Positions 28,873 to 39,524 are shown, numbered from the stretch's first letter. The stretch is 64,000 bases of DNA from Limnochordia bacterium (GCA_050952265.1 JBMNKP010000004.1:101885-165884), one strand, 5' to 3'. Notes: generated by a model from the letters alone, not told the origin. A program made the numbers and translations.

Positions 28873-29499
28873 TTATTTCAGAATGTAGTTGAGCTCCAGC
28901 CTGAGCTGATCCGGGCTCTGGTAGTGGATGCCCTTGATGCCGAACTCGCTGGCTCCAGCAAGGTTGGCCAAAGAATCATCGATGAAAACGCATTCTTCGG
29001 GGATCAAGGCACAGCTTGCCAGGAGGATCTGGTAGATCGCTGGTTCTGGCTTGAGCACTTGATGCTGATAAGAGATAACCAGACCATCGAAGAGGCTGAA
29101 CCAATCGTATTTCTCACAAATAAACTCAAACGCCGCTTTGTGGAAGTTGGAGAGGACATAGAGGTTGTAGCCAGAGCTCTTGAGACTGCGCACCACTTCC
29201 ACGTTGGGCGAAATTGGCTTAAGGATGTTGAACCAGTCGGCAAACGTTAGGGTGATCTCCGAGGCCAAGTCTGGATGCTGCTTGATCAACCGCTCAACCG
29301 CCTGCTCCTGGGTGATCACTCCCCTGTCGAGCATAAACCACTCGGGTCCGGAAAAAACGGCTCGATGCAGGCGGTCCACCAGCTCAGCATCGTCAAAGAG
29401 GCTCAGGAGATACTCATCCGGCCTGAACTTCACTAGTACGTTCCCTAGGTCAAAGATGACGTTCTGAATCCTGCGCACACAACCGCTCCTCAGCTGCAA
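28873..29499 (-). CDS. HAD-family phosphatase
   Basis: FDLGNVL, LSN, KPEPAIY and FIDDS.ANL; exact start uncertain. Confidence 0.88.
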   Translation of the reverse strand: MQLRSGCVRRIQNVIFDLGNVLVKFRPDEYLLSLFDDAELVDRLHRAVFSGPEWFMLDRGVITQEQAVERLIKQHPDLASEITLTFADWFNILKPISPNVEVVRSLKSSGYNLYVLSNFHKAAFEFICEKYDWFSLFDGLVISYQHQVLKPEPAIYQILLASCALIPEECVFIDDSLANLAGASEFGIKGIHYQSPDQLRLELNYILK

Positions 29500-29615
29500 A
29501 GTAAATTCTTCTGTTCTTTCGCCTCCCTCCCCCGCTGTTCCTGCTTCGTCGCGTAATTCGTACCAGATGGAAGCGCAAGTGCGAAGGACTATCCCGCCTG
29601 AGCGGGAAATGGAAA

Positions 29616-30368
29616 GTGAGAATGCTCACTGAAGAGGTGATAGACTTGCGTCGAAGATTGATCCTGCAGCTAGTTTTCACAGCGGTTCTCACTGCACTTC
29701 TCGCCCTGCCTGTGCACGCCCTCGATTACGCCCAGGTCGATGCCCTGATCATCAGCAAAGACGTGGCTGAGATCGAAAGAGCCATCGAAATGCTGGAAGA
29801 ACACCTGGGCCAGCAGCCTCAAGATGGTGAGGCCCTCTGGCTGGCCGGCAAAGCCTATCTCTACCTGGGCGACCGGACCGATGGGGACAGATTGAGGGTC
29901 TTCGAAAAAGGGAAAGAGTACACCGACAAAGCCGTGGAACTGGTTCCGGACTCTCCCGATGCCCACTACTGGTTGGCCGCCCTCATCGGGAGGATCGGAC
30001 AGACCAGGGGCATTTTGAGCAGCTTGTTCATGGTGCGCCCCATGAAGGATGCCCTAGACCGCGCCTTGGAGCTGGATGAGAACTATGCCCCGGCCTACTG
30101 GGTGCTCAGCCAGCTCTATCAGCAGGCACCCGGTTTCCCCCTGAGCATCGGTAACAAGAAGCAAGCCCTGGAAAACGCTCAGCGCGCCGTGGAACTCGAG
30201 CCGCAGAACTTGGAATTCCAACTCCAGCTGGCCCGGGCGCTGGATCACAATGGAAAAGAAAAGGAAGCTCGGGACCTCCTGCAGCAGATCCGGAGCAATC
30301 CCGCGCTGAAGGCCGATCCTGAAATACTCCAGGAAGTGGAGGAGCAGGCCAGCGAGTGGAAGCTCTAG
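29616..30368 (+). CDS. Exported TPR-repeat protein
   Basis: Signal-like N-terminus followed by TPR helices (AVEL.PDS.DAHYWLA; ALELD.NYA.AYW.L). Confidence 0.8.
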   Translation: MRMLTEEVIDLRRRLILQLVFTAVLTALLALPVHALDYAQVDALIISKDVAEIERAIEMLEEHLGQQPQDGEALWLAGKAYLYLGDRTDGDRLRVFEKGKEYTDKAVELVPDSPDAHYWLAALIGRIGQTRGILSSLFMVRPMKDALDRALELDENYAPAYWVLSQLYQQAPGFPLSIGNKKQALENAQRAVELEPQNLEFQLQLARALDHNGKEKEARDLLQQIRSNPALKADPEILQEVEEQASEWKL

Positions 30369-31135
30369 TAGCCCAGAAGGGAAATGCTGCTGTTGCTCGT
30401 CTTGACCTCTAGGTGCGGCCCTTCACCGCGCTTGATGACCACAGTGTTACCACCAACCTGCTGGTGCTCGCCGAGCATCGCTTCTACCCTGCCATTGGAA
30501 GTGGCGGCCTGAAGAGAGCCCCGCGTGCTGTGGGGCAGGCGCAGCCGAATACCTGCGTTGCTGGTGACGATACGGTAGAGACCTTCACCTGCCAGTTCGA
30601 GCTGTCCTTCGATACCGGCGTTGGAGGTGATCAGCGTGCTGGGGCGGGTCAGGATCAGCTTGGCGAAGTTGATCCGGGCGTTGGAAGTCTGAGCATTGAC
30701 CTGCCCCACTACTTCCCCCAGGTTGATCTGCCCGTTGGAGGATGCCAGGTCAAGGACGCCCTCCACGGGCGTTTTCACGCGTATGCTGCCGTTGCTGGTA
30801 CGGGCGCGAAATTCCTTGATCTGCTCGGCCGGGGCGAACACCGTGAACCGAACCTGCAAGGTGAACCAGCCGATCGTCCGTTTAGGATGCACCGCCCTGA
30901 GCACCAGGGACTGACCGCTGCTGCTGTTCTCGATCCTCATTTCCTCCAGCAGCTTCTCGACAGCCTTCTCACTCATACCCTGGACTTCCTTCTCCGCCAC
31001 CACGCGGGGAGCCTGGCCGTTCAGCGGTTCCCAGACGATGGAACCGTTGTACCCGCTCAGCTCGATGCTCCGCACATCAGGACCGATGGGGAATTCTTCC
31101 ACGGCCCGCACTTTCGAATAAAACACTCCGCTCAC
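30365..31135 (-). CDS. DUF4097-like beta-strand repeat protein
   Basis: Repeated TSNG/TSNA..I motifs. Confidence 0.75.
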   Translation of the reverse strand: MSGVFYSKVRAVEEFPIGPDVRSIELSGYNGSIVWEPLNGQAPRVVAEKEVQGMSEKAVEKLLEEMRIENSSSGQSLVLRAVHPKRTIGWFTLQVRFTVFAPAEQIKEFRARTSNGSIRVKTPVEGVLDLASSNGQINLGEVVGQVNAQTSNARINFAKLILTRPSTLITSNAGIEGQLELAGEGLYRIVTSNAGIRLRLPHSTRGSLQAATSNGRVEAMLGEHQQVGGNTVVIKRGEGPHLEVKTSNSSISLLGY

Positions 31136-31313
31136 GTCCTTTCCTCATCCTAGACCGAGTCTAACAGCTGGAAGCCCGATGTACGAGGGACTGGGATTGG
31201 ACTTCGCCTCCGTCTGGAGACCGATTCCTCAATCCTGCACAATTTTGCCAGACGGAGCAGGAATCCATTTCTAAGTGCCGAACTCAGTATTGACTTCTCA
31301 GAGGAGGGATAGC

Positions 31314-31829
31314 ATGGAAAAACGCAAGGTCACCATGAAAGGCAGAGAACTGACGGTGCGCGGCCCCGAACTCCAGGTAGGCCAGAAGGCCCCAGATTTT
31401 CGCTTAGTGGGAAATGACCTCAACCCCAAGACCCTCGCAGATTTCGGCAGGCAGCTCAAGCTGATCAGCATCGTCCCCTCGCTGGACACGGGGGTCTGCG
31501 ACTTCCAAACCAGGCGCTTTAACGAAGAACTCAGCAAACTTGAGGGCGTTGTGGTGATCACGGTCAGCATGGATCTGCCCTTTGCCCAGAAGAGGTGGTG
31601 CGGCAGTGCAGGCTTGGATCAAGCCATCACCCTTTCCGACCACTTGGATGCCTCCTTTGGCGAGGCCTATGGCGTGCTCATTGAGGAACTGCGCCTTTTG
31701 GCCCGAGCAGTGCTGCTCCTTGATCAGGACAACATTATCCGCTACGTGGAATACGTGGATGAAGTATCTTCTCACCCCAACTACGAGGCTGCAGTGCAGG
31801 CAGTTAAATCGCAGATCGCAGCTGGCTGA
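31314..31829 (+). CDS. tpx: Thiol peroxidase (atypical 2-Cys peroxiredoxin)
   Basis: [29 protein letters not shown] and LLARAV; RBS GAGGAGG. Confidence 0.93.
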   Translation: MEKRKVTMKGRELTVRGPELQVGQKAPDFRLVGNDLNPKTLADFGRQLKLISIVPSLDTGVCDFQTRRFNEELSKLEGVVVITVSMDLPFAQKRWCGSAGLDQAITLSDHLDASFGEAYGVLIEELRLLARAVLLLDQDNIIRYVEYVDEVSSHPNYEAAVQAVKSQIAAG

Positions 31830-32000
31830 GGAAAAGGCCGGGACTCAGACCATCTGAGATGCCCGGCTTTTCTATTTTGTCGGTTCAGAGCTCTCCTGCC
31901 ACCCGCATTGCGGGCACCTACCTGCAGCCCTCCAGCATTCCAAGTGTGCCGTGGCGCCGCACTGTGGACAGACCTGGATGATTCCTCGCCGTCGCAGGCT

Positions 32001-32522
32001 CTAATCCCCACGGTTCCAGGTTACGATCTCTTCAAGGTTCTTGCGTTTCTTCACAGGAACCGGTCCTTCGCCCGGGTATCCCAGAGGGATGAGCACAACG
32101 GGCTCCAGATTCTGCGGCAGATTGAGAGCGCTGCGCACTTTATCAGCATCGAAGGCGCACACCCAGCAGGTTCCCAGCTCCAGCTCGGCTGCGGCCAGGA
32201 TCAGGTGATCAACGGCGATGGCTACATCGACATCGCAGTGGTCCTTGCCATCACGGCGCTTCCAGGACTGCCCATGGTCCCCGCAGGCCACGATGATCAC
32301 CGGTGCCGTGCGCATCCATTCACCGCGATAGGCCTCCCAGATTTCTTCCTTTAGGTCTTGGTCAGTGACCACAAAAAAGCGCCAAGGTTGGTAGTTCACG
32401 GCACTGGGCGCCAGCCTGGCCGCTTCCAGGACTCGCAGGATCTTCTCCTTTTCCACGGGCTGCTGGCTGTAGCTGCGCACCGAATAACGGGCAGCGGCCA
32501 GATCCAAAAACGAGCTCCACAT
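32001..32522 (-). CDS. Nitroreductase family protein
   Basis: RYSVRSY, APSAVNYQPWRF and LGTCWV. Confidence 0.92.
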   Translation of the reverse strand: MWSSFLDLAAARYSVRSYSQQPVEKEKILRVLEAARLAPSAVNYQPWRFFVVTDQDLKEEIWEAYRGEWMRTAPVIIVACGDHGQSWKRRDGKDHCDVDVAIAVDHLILAAAELELGTCWVCAFDADKVRSALNLPQNLEPVVLIPLGYPGEGPVPVKKRKNLEEIVTWNRGD

Positions 32523-32534
32523 GGTGCATCCCCC

Positions 32535-33872
32535 TTAAGCGTCTTTTTCTCCGCGGGCTTTGGTCACCCGCTTAAATTCATACAACCGCCTATCGGCCCT
32601 GTTCAAGGCGTCCAGGTAGCTGGCATCGCCGGGTTGGAAACGGGAAGCCCCCAGCGATATGCTGGTCCGGACCCTTTCTCCTCCAAACTGGAACTCGAGG
32701 GCGGAGACGGATCGAACGATCCGCTTAGCCAGCTTCTCTTCGTTGGCCTTCGGAGCCACAATCACGAACTCATCGCCTGCCCAGCGGATCACCTCGCCAG
32801 AACTCCCAACCACTCTCTCCACTTCGGCGGACAGCGCCTGCAGGACCTGGTCTCCTGCCGAGTGCCCGAAGGTATCGTTGATCTTTTTCAGGCTGTCAAC
32901 GTCGCACATGAAGATCACAGGGCTTTCTTCCCCCGCTTGGAACTCCTCAAATGACGAACCCAGCAGCGCAACTCCGCTCCGACGGCTCTTGGCGCCGGTG
33001 AGGAGATCGATGCTTACCTCCTGAACAAGCTGAGCTGTGTGGCTGCGGAAATAGAGGTATTCGGCGAGCAGCACCAGGCCCAACGCGGTTACGACCACCA
33101 GCACCAAGATCAGCACCAGCCGCAGGGAAAGCAGAACGGCCAGCTTGCCGCCGGCCTGGGCCGTTTCTTCCGCATAGCGCTCCAGTTCTTCTCTGTGAAC
33201 CCCCATGGCGATCACCAGGTTCAGGTCCTCTAACCTTTGGGTGTAGGCAAGCTCGTCACCGCCTTCGGGACCTGGTGGTGCCTGGCTGATGGAAACCCAG
33301 GTTCCGCTGCCCAGTTCCAGCTCTGCAACCATCTGCCGTATTCGATCCTTTATGGCGGCGTCCACCGCGCTCCTGGGTACACCCCACAGAGCAGCTAACT
33401 CACCCTGCGCGAGTCCATCATAGTACAGCAGGTCCTCGAAGGGCTCGTCCACCTGCAGCTGTCCCCTCTGGTAGATGATCTCACCCGTGGCGCGGTTCCA
33501 GAGCGCCGCAGTAAGGGAGGGTTCAGCCTCCATGAGAGACGCTAAAAAGCGCGGGAAATCCTCCTCTGAGAGATCCATGCCCAGCTCCAGCAGCCTGTGC
33601 CGGTCCTGGACAAGGGTCTGCCAGGCCAGCTCTTCAGACTTTTTCAGAGCGTCGATTTCCCGTACCAGATTCTTTACGGTCGTCTGCAGAAAGTCCAGTT
33701 TGATCTCGGCTACGGCACGTTCCGTCTCAGCCAGATAGATGGCGGCCACATGCTGAAAAGACCACCAGAACGCGAGACCACTGGCAGCACAGATCAGCAG
33801 CACTAAAATGGCCATGACAATATTATGGTTGTGCCTGTCTGAAGGCACCACCCTGCGCTGCTTGGCCTTCAT
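32535..33872 (-). CDS. Membrane diguanylate cyclase (AGDEF variant)
   Basis: Two TM segments; DLLTG, DVDSLKKINDTFGH.AGD.VL and RWAGDEF. Confidence 0.85.
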   Translation of the reverse strand: MKAKQRRVVPSDRHNHNIVMAILVLLICAASGLAFWWSFQHVAAIYLAETERAVAEIKLDFLQTTVKNLVREIDALKKSEELAWQTLVQDRHRLLELGMDLSEEDFPRFLASLMEAEPSLTAALWNRATGEIIYQRGQLQVDEPFEDLLYYDGLAQGELAALWGVPRSAVDAAIKDRIRQMVAELELGSGTWVSISQAPPGPEGGDELAYTQRLEDLNLVIAMGVHREELERYAEETAQAGGKLAVLLSLRLVLILVLVVVTALGLVLLAEYLYFRSHTAQLVQEVSIDLLTGAKSRRSGVALLGSSFEEFQAGEESPVIFMCDVDSLKKINDTFGHSAGDQVLQALSAEVERVVGSSGEVIRWAGDEFVIVAPKANEEKLAKRIVRSVSALEFQFGGERVRTSISLGASRFQPGDASYLDALNRADRRLYEFKRVTKARGEKDA

Positions 33873-33951
33873 TCCGCAACCCTTCTTACCCCCGGAATAT
33901 CTGCTGCACCTATTCACCAACACCAAGCGGTTTCCCTGCCGGAACCACTGG

Positions 33952-34755
33952 CTAGTCTTCTGGCTGTATCAACACAATTTCATACACGCTCGACCAGAGC
34001 TTGCCCGTGACAACGATCCGCCCCGTATCTGGGTCGTAAGCGATCCCGTTCAACACATCGGCCCCTGGGTTCTTCTGCGGTTCTTCGGCGGCGAGCTCGG
34101 AAAGATCGATCCAGCCCAGAACCTCGCCGTTTGATGGATCAATCCGGCAGATCCGGCTGGTCAACCAGACATTGGCCCAGATCTCTCCCGCCACATACTC
34201 CAGTTCATTTAGGAAAAGAACATCTCCGCCAGCAGCCTTCACCCGTACGCGGCCCACTGTTTCCAGGGTCTCGGGATCGAGAAAGCGGAGAACGCTGGAA
34301 CCATCGCTCATAATCAGGTGAGTTCCATCGGTGGTCAGGCCCCACCCTTCTCCCTGGTAGGTAAACTCGCCCACCTTCTCCAGATTATCCAGTTCAAAGA
34401 TCAAGCCCGTCCCCTCGCGCCAGGTCAGCTGGAAAACCCTTCCGTTCAGGACAGCCGCGCCTTCCCCAAAAAAGCCGGCATCGAGTTCAACGCTCTGCAG
34501 CACTGCGCCATCTTCCAAGCGCACGCGCCGCAGGGACGATTCTCCATAGAGCCCCGTACTCTCGTAGAGAAATCCGTTCCAGAAGAACAACCCCTGAGTG
34601 AAAGCGGAGCTGTCATGGGGATAGCGCTGCACCACTTCTACCTGGTACAACGGTTCCGCGGCCAAGCTGGTGGAGAAGGCAGCGCCCAGCGCGAGGATCA
34701 GGACTGCCAGGTTACAGCACAGGACCGACTGCCTTTCAGTCCTCAACCACTCCAT
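33952..34755 (-). CDS. Glutaminyl-peptide cyclotransferase (Glu_cyclase_2 type)
   Basis: YPHD..AFTQGL, YESTGLYG.S, FGEG, EGWGLT, MSDGS, LNELE, WANVW and VLNGIAYD. Confidence 0.92.
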   Translation of the reverse strand: MEWLRTERQSVLCCNLAVLILALGAAFSTSLAAEPLYQVEVVQRYPHDSSAFTQGLFFWNGFLYESTGLYGESSLRRVRLEDGAVLQSVELDAGFFGEGAAVLNGRVFQLTWREGTGLIFELDNLEKVGEFTYQGEGWGLTTDGTHLIMSDGSSVLRFLDPETLETVGRVRVKAAGGDVLFLNELEYVAGEIWANVWLTSRICRIDPSNGEVLGWIDLSELAAEEPQKNPGADVLNGIAYDPDTGRIVVTGKLWSSVYEIVLIQPED

Positions 34756-35407
34756 AGACCTCCTGCACCTCCTGGACGAAGATGATGCCCTTACCCGGCT
34801 CATCGATCTGGAGTTCGTCCCGCACCGCCAACACGATCTTGTCAGCCAGCTGCGGACGGGCCAAGATCAGCACCATTTCCTTCTCCGGTTCTATCTCCAG
34901 GTTCAAAAACCTGCTGGTTTCGTGGATGCTGGACCCGCGGGCGTTGATAATCGTGCCGCCCTTGGCGCCGGCGGCCTTCGCCGCATCCATCACCGCTTCG
35001 CCCTTTCCTTTGTCAACCACGACAAAGACTGCTCGGTACATGCTGCCTGCACCTCCATCCTGGGTCCTAAACTCGTAAGCGTAGCTGCCGGTTCCGAGAA
35101 ACGCGCCCAATGGCATGGAGAAGGCGATGCCGTGCTTGGGCTTTTTCAGATGCAGTTCGTCGGCGAACATCTTAAGAGCATTGCGGCCGAGCAGCTTTTC
35201 GGCAACGAGGAACACGATCTCTTTGCGGGTATCTGTTAAGCCCAAAAGCTCTGCCAGGCGCCCGGTCACGGTCCCCCGGCCCAGGGCGATCGTTCCCCCG
35301 CTGATGCCGTTCTTTTTGGCCATGGTCACGACTCTGCTGCCGAGACCGAAGTCCACGATCACACAGAGCAGCTCATACTGTCTGCCGCCCGTGTTCGGTG
35401 CAGTCAT
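34736..35407 (-). CDS. Tandem P-II-like regulator (two P-II-like domains)
   Basis: Two repeats of V.VD.G.G..V...AK..G..GGTI..GRG..; PGKGIIF. Confidence 0.85.
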   Translation of the reverse strand: MTAPNTGGRQYELLCVIVDFGLGSRVVTMAKKNGISGGTIALGRGTVTGRLAELLGLTDTRKEIVFLVAEKLLGRNALKMFADELHLKKPKHGIAFSMPLGAFLGTGSYAYEFRTQDGGAGSMYRAVFVVVDKGKGEAVMDAAKAAGAKGGTIINARGSSIHETSRFLNLEIEPEKEMVLILARPQLADKIVLAVRDELQIDEPGKGIIFVQEVQEVYGVVED

Positions 35408-35423
35408 CTACCTCAACTCCTTG

Positions 35424-36902
35424 TCACTTGGACTGAACCCGAAAGAGAACACCCAGAGCAAGCAGCGTCACAATTCCAGCCATGGCAACGAGCGCGATCA
35501 TGCCCAGCCCGTCCCGCAAGAGGTCCGCTCCTGGAAAGGCCCCGGCTGCCCCTTGGATGAACGCCAGGATAAAGGTGGTCGTGAGCGGGCCCGTTGCCAC
35601 GCTCCCCGCATCAAAGCCTATGCCCACAAACAGATTGGGTGCGAAACGCAGGAGGATAAGGGCTGCTGCGTACCCGGGCAGCAGCAGGTGCCAGAGGGTG
35701 AGCCCTGGCAGCAGTATGCGGACTGCAGAAAGAAGGATTGCCAGTCCAACCCCGGAGGCCAGCGAAAGGGCGACGACGCGGCCCTTCACCGAACCAGCAG
35801 TCACCTCTTCGATCTGGCGGTTCAGCACATAAACGGAAGGCTCGGCCAAGACTGTGACGAACCCCAAGGCAAAGGAAGTCATCAGCAGCCAGATCCTATT
35901 GTCCAGAGACGCCAGACGATAACCCAGCTGGCTGCCGAGCTCCATGAAGCCTCCATCCACGCCCACGAAGAACAGAAACGTGCCCAGCAGCGTGTAGATG
36001 AAACCCTTCAGCATGCGCTGAAACTGCTTTTTCTCCAACTTGAAAAGAACCCGCTGCAAAATGAGGAAGGAGACGGCCAGCGGGAGCAGTGCCACAATAC
36101 TGCTGCGCACCGCCTGCGGCGCCACACCCCAGAAGGGGCCCATAACTGAACCCACTTCAGCCGTGGTCGGTTCCAGGCTGATCAGTGGGTATTCCCTGAT
36201 GGGCTTCAGGATATTCATGATCATAACTCCCAAGATGGGACCTACGGCGCCTGCACCAACGAGGCCGAAACTGTCCTCTTCCGCCTGCTTGCTGTCCTTG
36301 CGCAGCTTGGAGATGCCCACGGCCAGGGCCATTATGAAGGGAACAACTAAGATACCGGTGACCGAGCCCGAGGAGTCAAAGCCGATGGCCAGGAACTCGG
36401 GCGAACTGCGCGCCGTGATCCATGCGAGCACAAGGATGGCCGCGTAGGCGATGGTGAAAAAGAGCCGCATGGAGGTGTGGAGAAAGACCCGGGCATAGCC
36501 CAGGGCGATCATGATGGCAAACCCGGCTGGGATCACTGCCAGAAGCAGTGAAGAGGATATACCCCCGGCGGTGACGTACTCTATCTGGCCGACCAACACC
36601 AGCAGGCCTGGTTCCGCCATGGATACGAAAAAGCCGAGCAGGCCTCCTGCCAGCAGGAAGATCCACAGTTTGCTTGTCTTAACGAGGGAAGAACCGGTCT
36701 TTTCGCCAAAGGGTGAGATGCCGAGATCTACACCTGCAAAGAAGACCGAGAGTCCTACGATGAGCGCTGCGGCACCAGCTAGAAACCGCAGCAAGACCGG
36801 GGCGGTCAGCGGCGCCAGGGTGAAGTTTAGTATGAGGACGATGATGACAATCGGTAAAACAGCTTGGGTGTTGCTTTTCAGATAACTAACAAGTATGTTC
36901 AA
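35424..36902 (-). CDS. DUF1538 membrane protein (two fused domains)
   Basis: AEP twice, FDSSGSVTG and FDAGSVATGP; adjacent to the P-II-like gene. Confidence 0.85.
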   Translation of the reverse strand: MNILVSYLKSNTQAVLPIVIIVLILNFTLAPLTAPVLLRFLAGAAALIVGLSVFFAGVDLGISPFGEKTGSSLVKTSKLWIFLLAGGLLGFFVSMAEPGLLVLVGQIEYVTAGGISSSLLLAVIPAGFAIMIALGYARVFLHTSMRLFFTIAYAAILVLAWITARSSPEFLAIGFDSSGSVTGILVVPFIMALAVGISKLRKDSKQAEEDSFGLVGAGAVGPILGVMIMNILKPIREYPLISLEPTTAEVGSVMGPFWGVAPQAVRSSIVALLPLAVSFLILQRVLFKLEKKQFQRMLKGFIYTLLGTFLFFVGVDGGFMELGSQLGYRLASLDNRIWLLMTSFALGFVTVLAEPSVYVLNRQIEEVTAGSVKGRVVALSLASGVGLAILLSAVRILLPGLTLWHLLLPGYAAALILLRFAPNLFVGIGFDAGSVATGPLTTTFILAFIQGAAGAFPGADLLRDGLGMIALVAMAGIVTLLALGVLFRVQSK

Positions 36903-37053
36903 CCAACCACCTCGCTCTTGATGTGATCGCTCTTGGGGTTAAAGGGTGAGAAGGGCTCCCAGCAGCGCTTTAGGTGGCGTTGCTTTCGCAGACGCGCCAA
37001 AAAAGCTGTAGGCTGCTGCCGGCAGCTAGGAACCCTCTTCTGCTACCCCTATT

Positions 37054-39426
37054 CTATGGGCGGGCGTACCGTTCGTCAAGCAAGCGGACAGCAGCTGCCG
37101 CACTCACCGGCCTGGAGAACAAGAAGCCTTGGAGGAAATCGCAGTTGTGCTTGATGAGGTAGTCCCTCTGAACCTCCTGCTCCACGCCCTCCGCGACCAC
37201 GCTGTGCCCAAGGCGGTGGGCCATGGAGATAATATCTCCTGCAATGACCTGGTTTCCTTCCGGCGTCGTGACGCGGTCGATGAAACTCTTGTGGATCTTC
37301 AGGCAGTTCACATTCAGCTCCTGTTCCCGTGCAAGCGACGAATAACCCGTGCCGAAATCGTCGATGGCGATAGTTATGCCAACCTGCTTCAGAACGGCCA
37401 GCTTCTCGTTGATAGATGCGTAGTTCTGGGCAAAAACAGACTCGGTGATCTCCAGGCAGAGCTGGGAGGGCTCAATGCCCGCTTCACTTATGATCTCCAG
37501 AACCTCGTCGACAAAATCATCCTGAGCAAGCTGGATGGCGGAGACGTTGATGGAGATGGTATGACCCTTGTGCCCCCTGGCTTCCAGGACGCGCAGGAAG
37601 GCGCAGGCCTTGCGGGCAATCTGCTTGCCGATGGGTACGATCAGCTGGCTCTCCTCAGCGAGGGGTATGAACTCGCCAGGAGAAACGATGCCCAAAGCTC
37701 CCCCGTCCAGCCGCGCCAGCGCCTCAAAGGCGTAGATCTCGTCGGTGTCTGCATCGATGATCGGCTGGTATTCCAAAAAGAGGGCATCTTCCCGGCCTCC
37801 GTATGCCACATCGAAGAGAATCTCCTCGATCTCGCTCAGCCTGTTCAGCTCCGCGGCCATGTCCTCGTCGAAGAAACGGTAGGCAAAGGGACTCGTGCGA
37901 TCAGCACGCTCGGCGCTGATCCCCGCGTGGTGGATCAAGTCCTCTGGCTCAACCGCCTCGTCCTCGATCTGGCGGATGCCGATGCCGCAGCCGTAGGTAC
38001 TGACAATATCCACGCTCTTCAGGGTCTCGACCAGTTCAGCGCAGAACTGAACCAGTTTGCCTCGGCTGAGGGGTTCCTGGATGTAGAAGGCGAAGCGGCC
38101 ATAGGCAGCGTTGTACAAGCTGCGGGTTGGGGTACAGTGGGCGGCCAGGCGCTGGGCTACGTTTCTCAACAGAAACTCGCAGAAGCTGAAGCCGTAGATC
38201 GCGTTGATCGTGTTGATCCTGCGCATGTTGAGGAGGACTACGGCACGGCTTGGGTAACGCCCGCTTTTGCCGTCCTCATCCATCACCGCCCGCAGAGCTC
38301 GGCGGTTAGGCAGCCCCGTGAGCATATCCAGCTCGCTCATCCTCTTGAGCTGGAGTTCACTCTGTTTGCGCTCAGTAATATCTATGATGATCCCCTCGAG
38401 GGCTTCCACCTCACCGCGGTCATTGAAGACACCCTGACCCATCTCCAGAACCCATTTGCGCTCGCCGCGAGCAGTGATGATTTCATACTCATACTCAAAA
38501 GATCTCTTCTCGGGCAGCACTTCCTGCCATTTCTCCCAGAGAGCCTCGCGGTATTCGGGCGCAATTAGATCGTTGAAAGACAGGTCGCGGTTGTACAGCA
38601 GGCTTTCTGCGGGATAGCCCGTCAGAGGCTCGCAGCCTTCCGAAACAAACTGCATGGTCCAGGCCCGGTCCAGGAGATAGCGGTAGGCCATGCCGGGAAG
38701 GTTCTTGAGCAGGACTCCCTTACTGCGTTCGCTCTCGGAAAGACGTTCCTCCACTTTCTTGCGGTCGGTGATGTCCTTGATGAGCAGGATGGTCTTTCTT
38801 CCTGCATTCCCAGGGAGCTCGTAGGGTGCAGCCGTCATCTCCACCCAGACCAGAGATCCGTCGGGCTTGATCAGGCGCTGCTCCATGCTGTAATTCGAGA
38901 TAAGGCCCTTCTCCAGCAGCCGCTGCTGAACACTGCCTTGAACCGCATCCTCTGGATGGAGCACCTTTTCCCAGCCAAGTTTGGTCAGATCAACCCGGGA
39001 ACGGCCTGTGATGCGGAGAAAGGCCTGGTTGACAATGGGAAAGAAGCTGTCGTAAGCATCGGCAGGTTCTGCGGACAATCCTACTGCGATACCCAGCGAA
39101 TGCTGGCTGAAAATGGCATTGAGGAGGGCGGCGTGGTGGGGGTGAGCGCTGGTGAGCGCCTGCTGCAGCCCCTCTTCGTCATTGATCAGCGCCACCGGGA
39201 TGCTGAGCGGACCGACGGCGGCCTCCAGCTGCTTGGCCAGATCATAGCCATCGAGGTCCCCCTGCTGGCGGCAGATAACGATCAAGTAGATATCGCTGTT
39301 CTTTTGAATCTCGGCGGCAGCTTCTGCCACGGTACTGGTCGCGATAGTCTCGAATCCACCCGGGGCACCTCGCTGCTCTTCTAGGCCTGGGAGGCAGTCT
39401 CCCACGATCAGAATCTTCCCCGGCAT
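37054..39426 (-). CDS. Pseudo-REC + PAS + PAS + degenerate GGDEF + EAL phosphodiesterase
   Basis: PAS/PAC motifs (HPED..; LPGMAYR..W..QFVSEG); DMLTGLPNR; GGDEF lost; EAL, EITE, DDFGTGYSS, EGVE and QGF present. Confidence 0.88.
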   Translation of the reverse strand: MPGKILIVGDCLPGLEEQRGAPGGFETIATSTVAEAAAEIQKNSDIYLIVICRQQGDLDGYDLAKQLEAAVGPLSIPVALINDEEGLQQALTSAHPHHAALLNAIFSQHSLGIAVGLSAEPADAYDSFFPIVNQAFLRITGRSRVDLTKLGWEKVLHPEDAVQGSVQQRLLEKGLISNYSMEQRLIKPDGSLVWVEMTAAPYELPGNAGRKTILLIKDITDRKKVEERLSESERSKGVLLKNLPGMAYRYLLDRAWTMQFVSEGCEPLTGYPAESLLYNRDLSFNDLIAPEYREALWEKWQEVLPEKRSFEYEYEIITARGERKWVLEMGQGVFNDRGEVEALEGIIIDITERKQSELQLKRMSELDMLTGLPNRRALRAVMDEDGKSGRYPSRAVVLLNMRRINTINAIYGFSFCEFLLRNVAQRLAAHCTPTRSLYNAAYGRFAFYIQEPLSRGKLVQFCAELVETLKSVDIVSTYGCGIGIRQIEDEAVEPEDLIHHAGISAERADRTSPFAYRFFDEDMAAELNRLSEIEEILFDVAYGGREDALFLEYQPIIDADTDEIYAFEALARLDGGALGIVSPGEFIPLAEESQLIVPIGKQIARKACAFLRVLEARGHKGHTISINVSAIQLAQDDFVDEVLEIISEAGIEPSQLCLEITESVFAQNYASINEKLAVLKQVGITIAIDDFGTGYSSLAREQELNVNCLKIHKSFIDRVTTPEGNQVIAGDIISMAHRLGHSVVAEGVEQEVQRDYLIKHNCDFLQGFLFSRPVSAAAAVRLLDERYARP

Positions 39427-39524
39427 GCTAACGCCCCTCTCCAACGGTAAAAACAATGTTGCCACTCAAGTTAGTTCCACATCAACCAGTGTCCTCCTGC
39501 CCCAGCTCAGATTTCGGCGTGAAT

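Noticed and set aside
37129-38568. 479-aa plus-strand ORF
   Set aside because: Antisense shadow of the EAL gene; no motifs; typical of GC-rich coding DNA.
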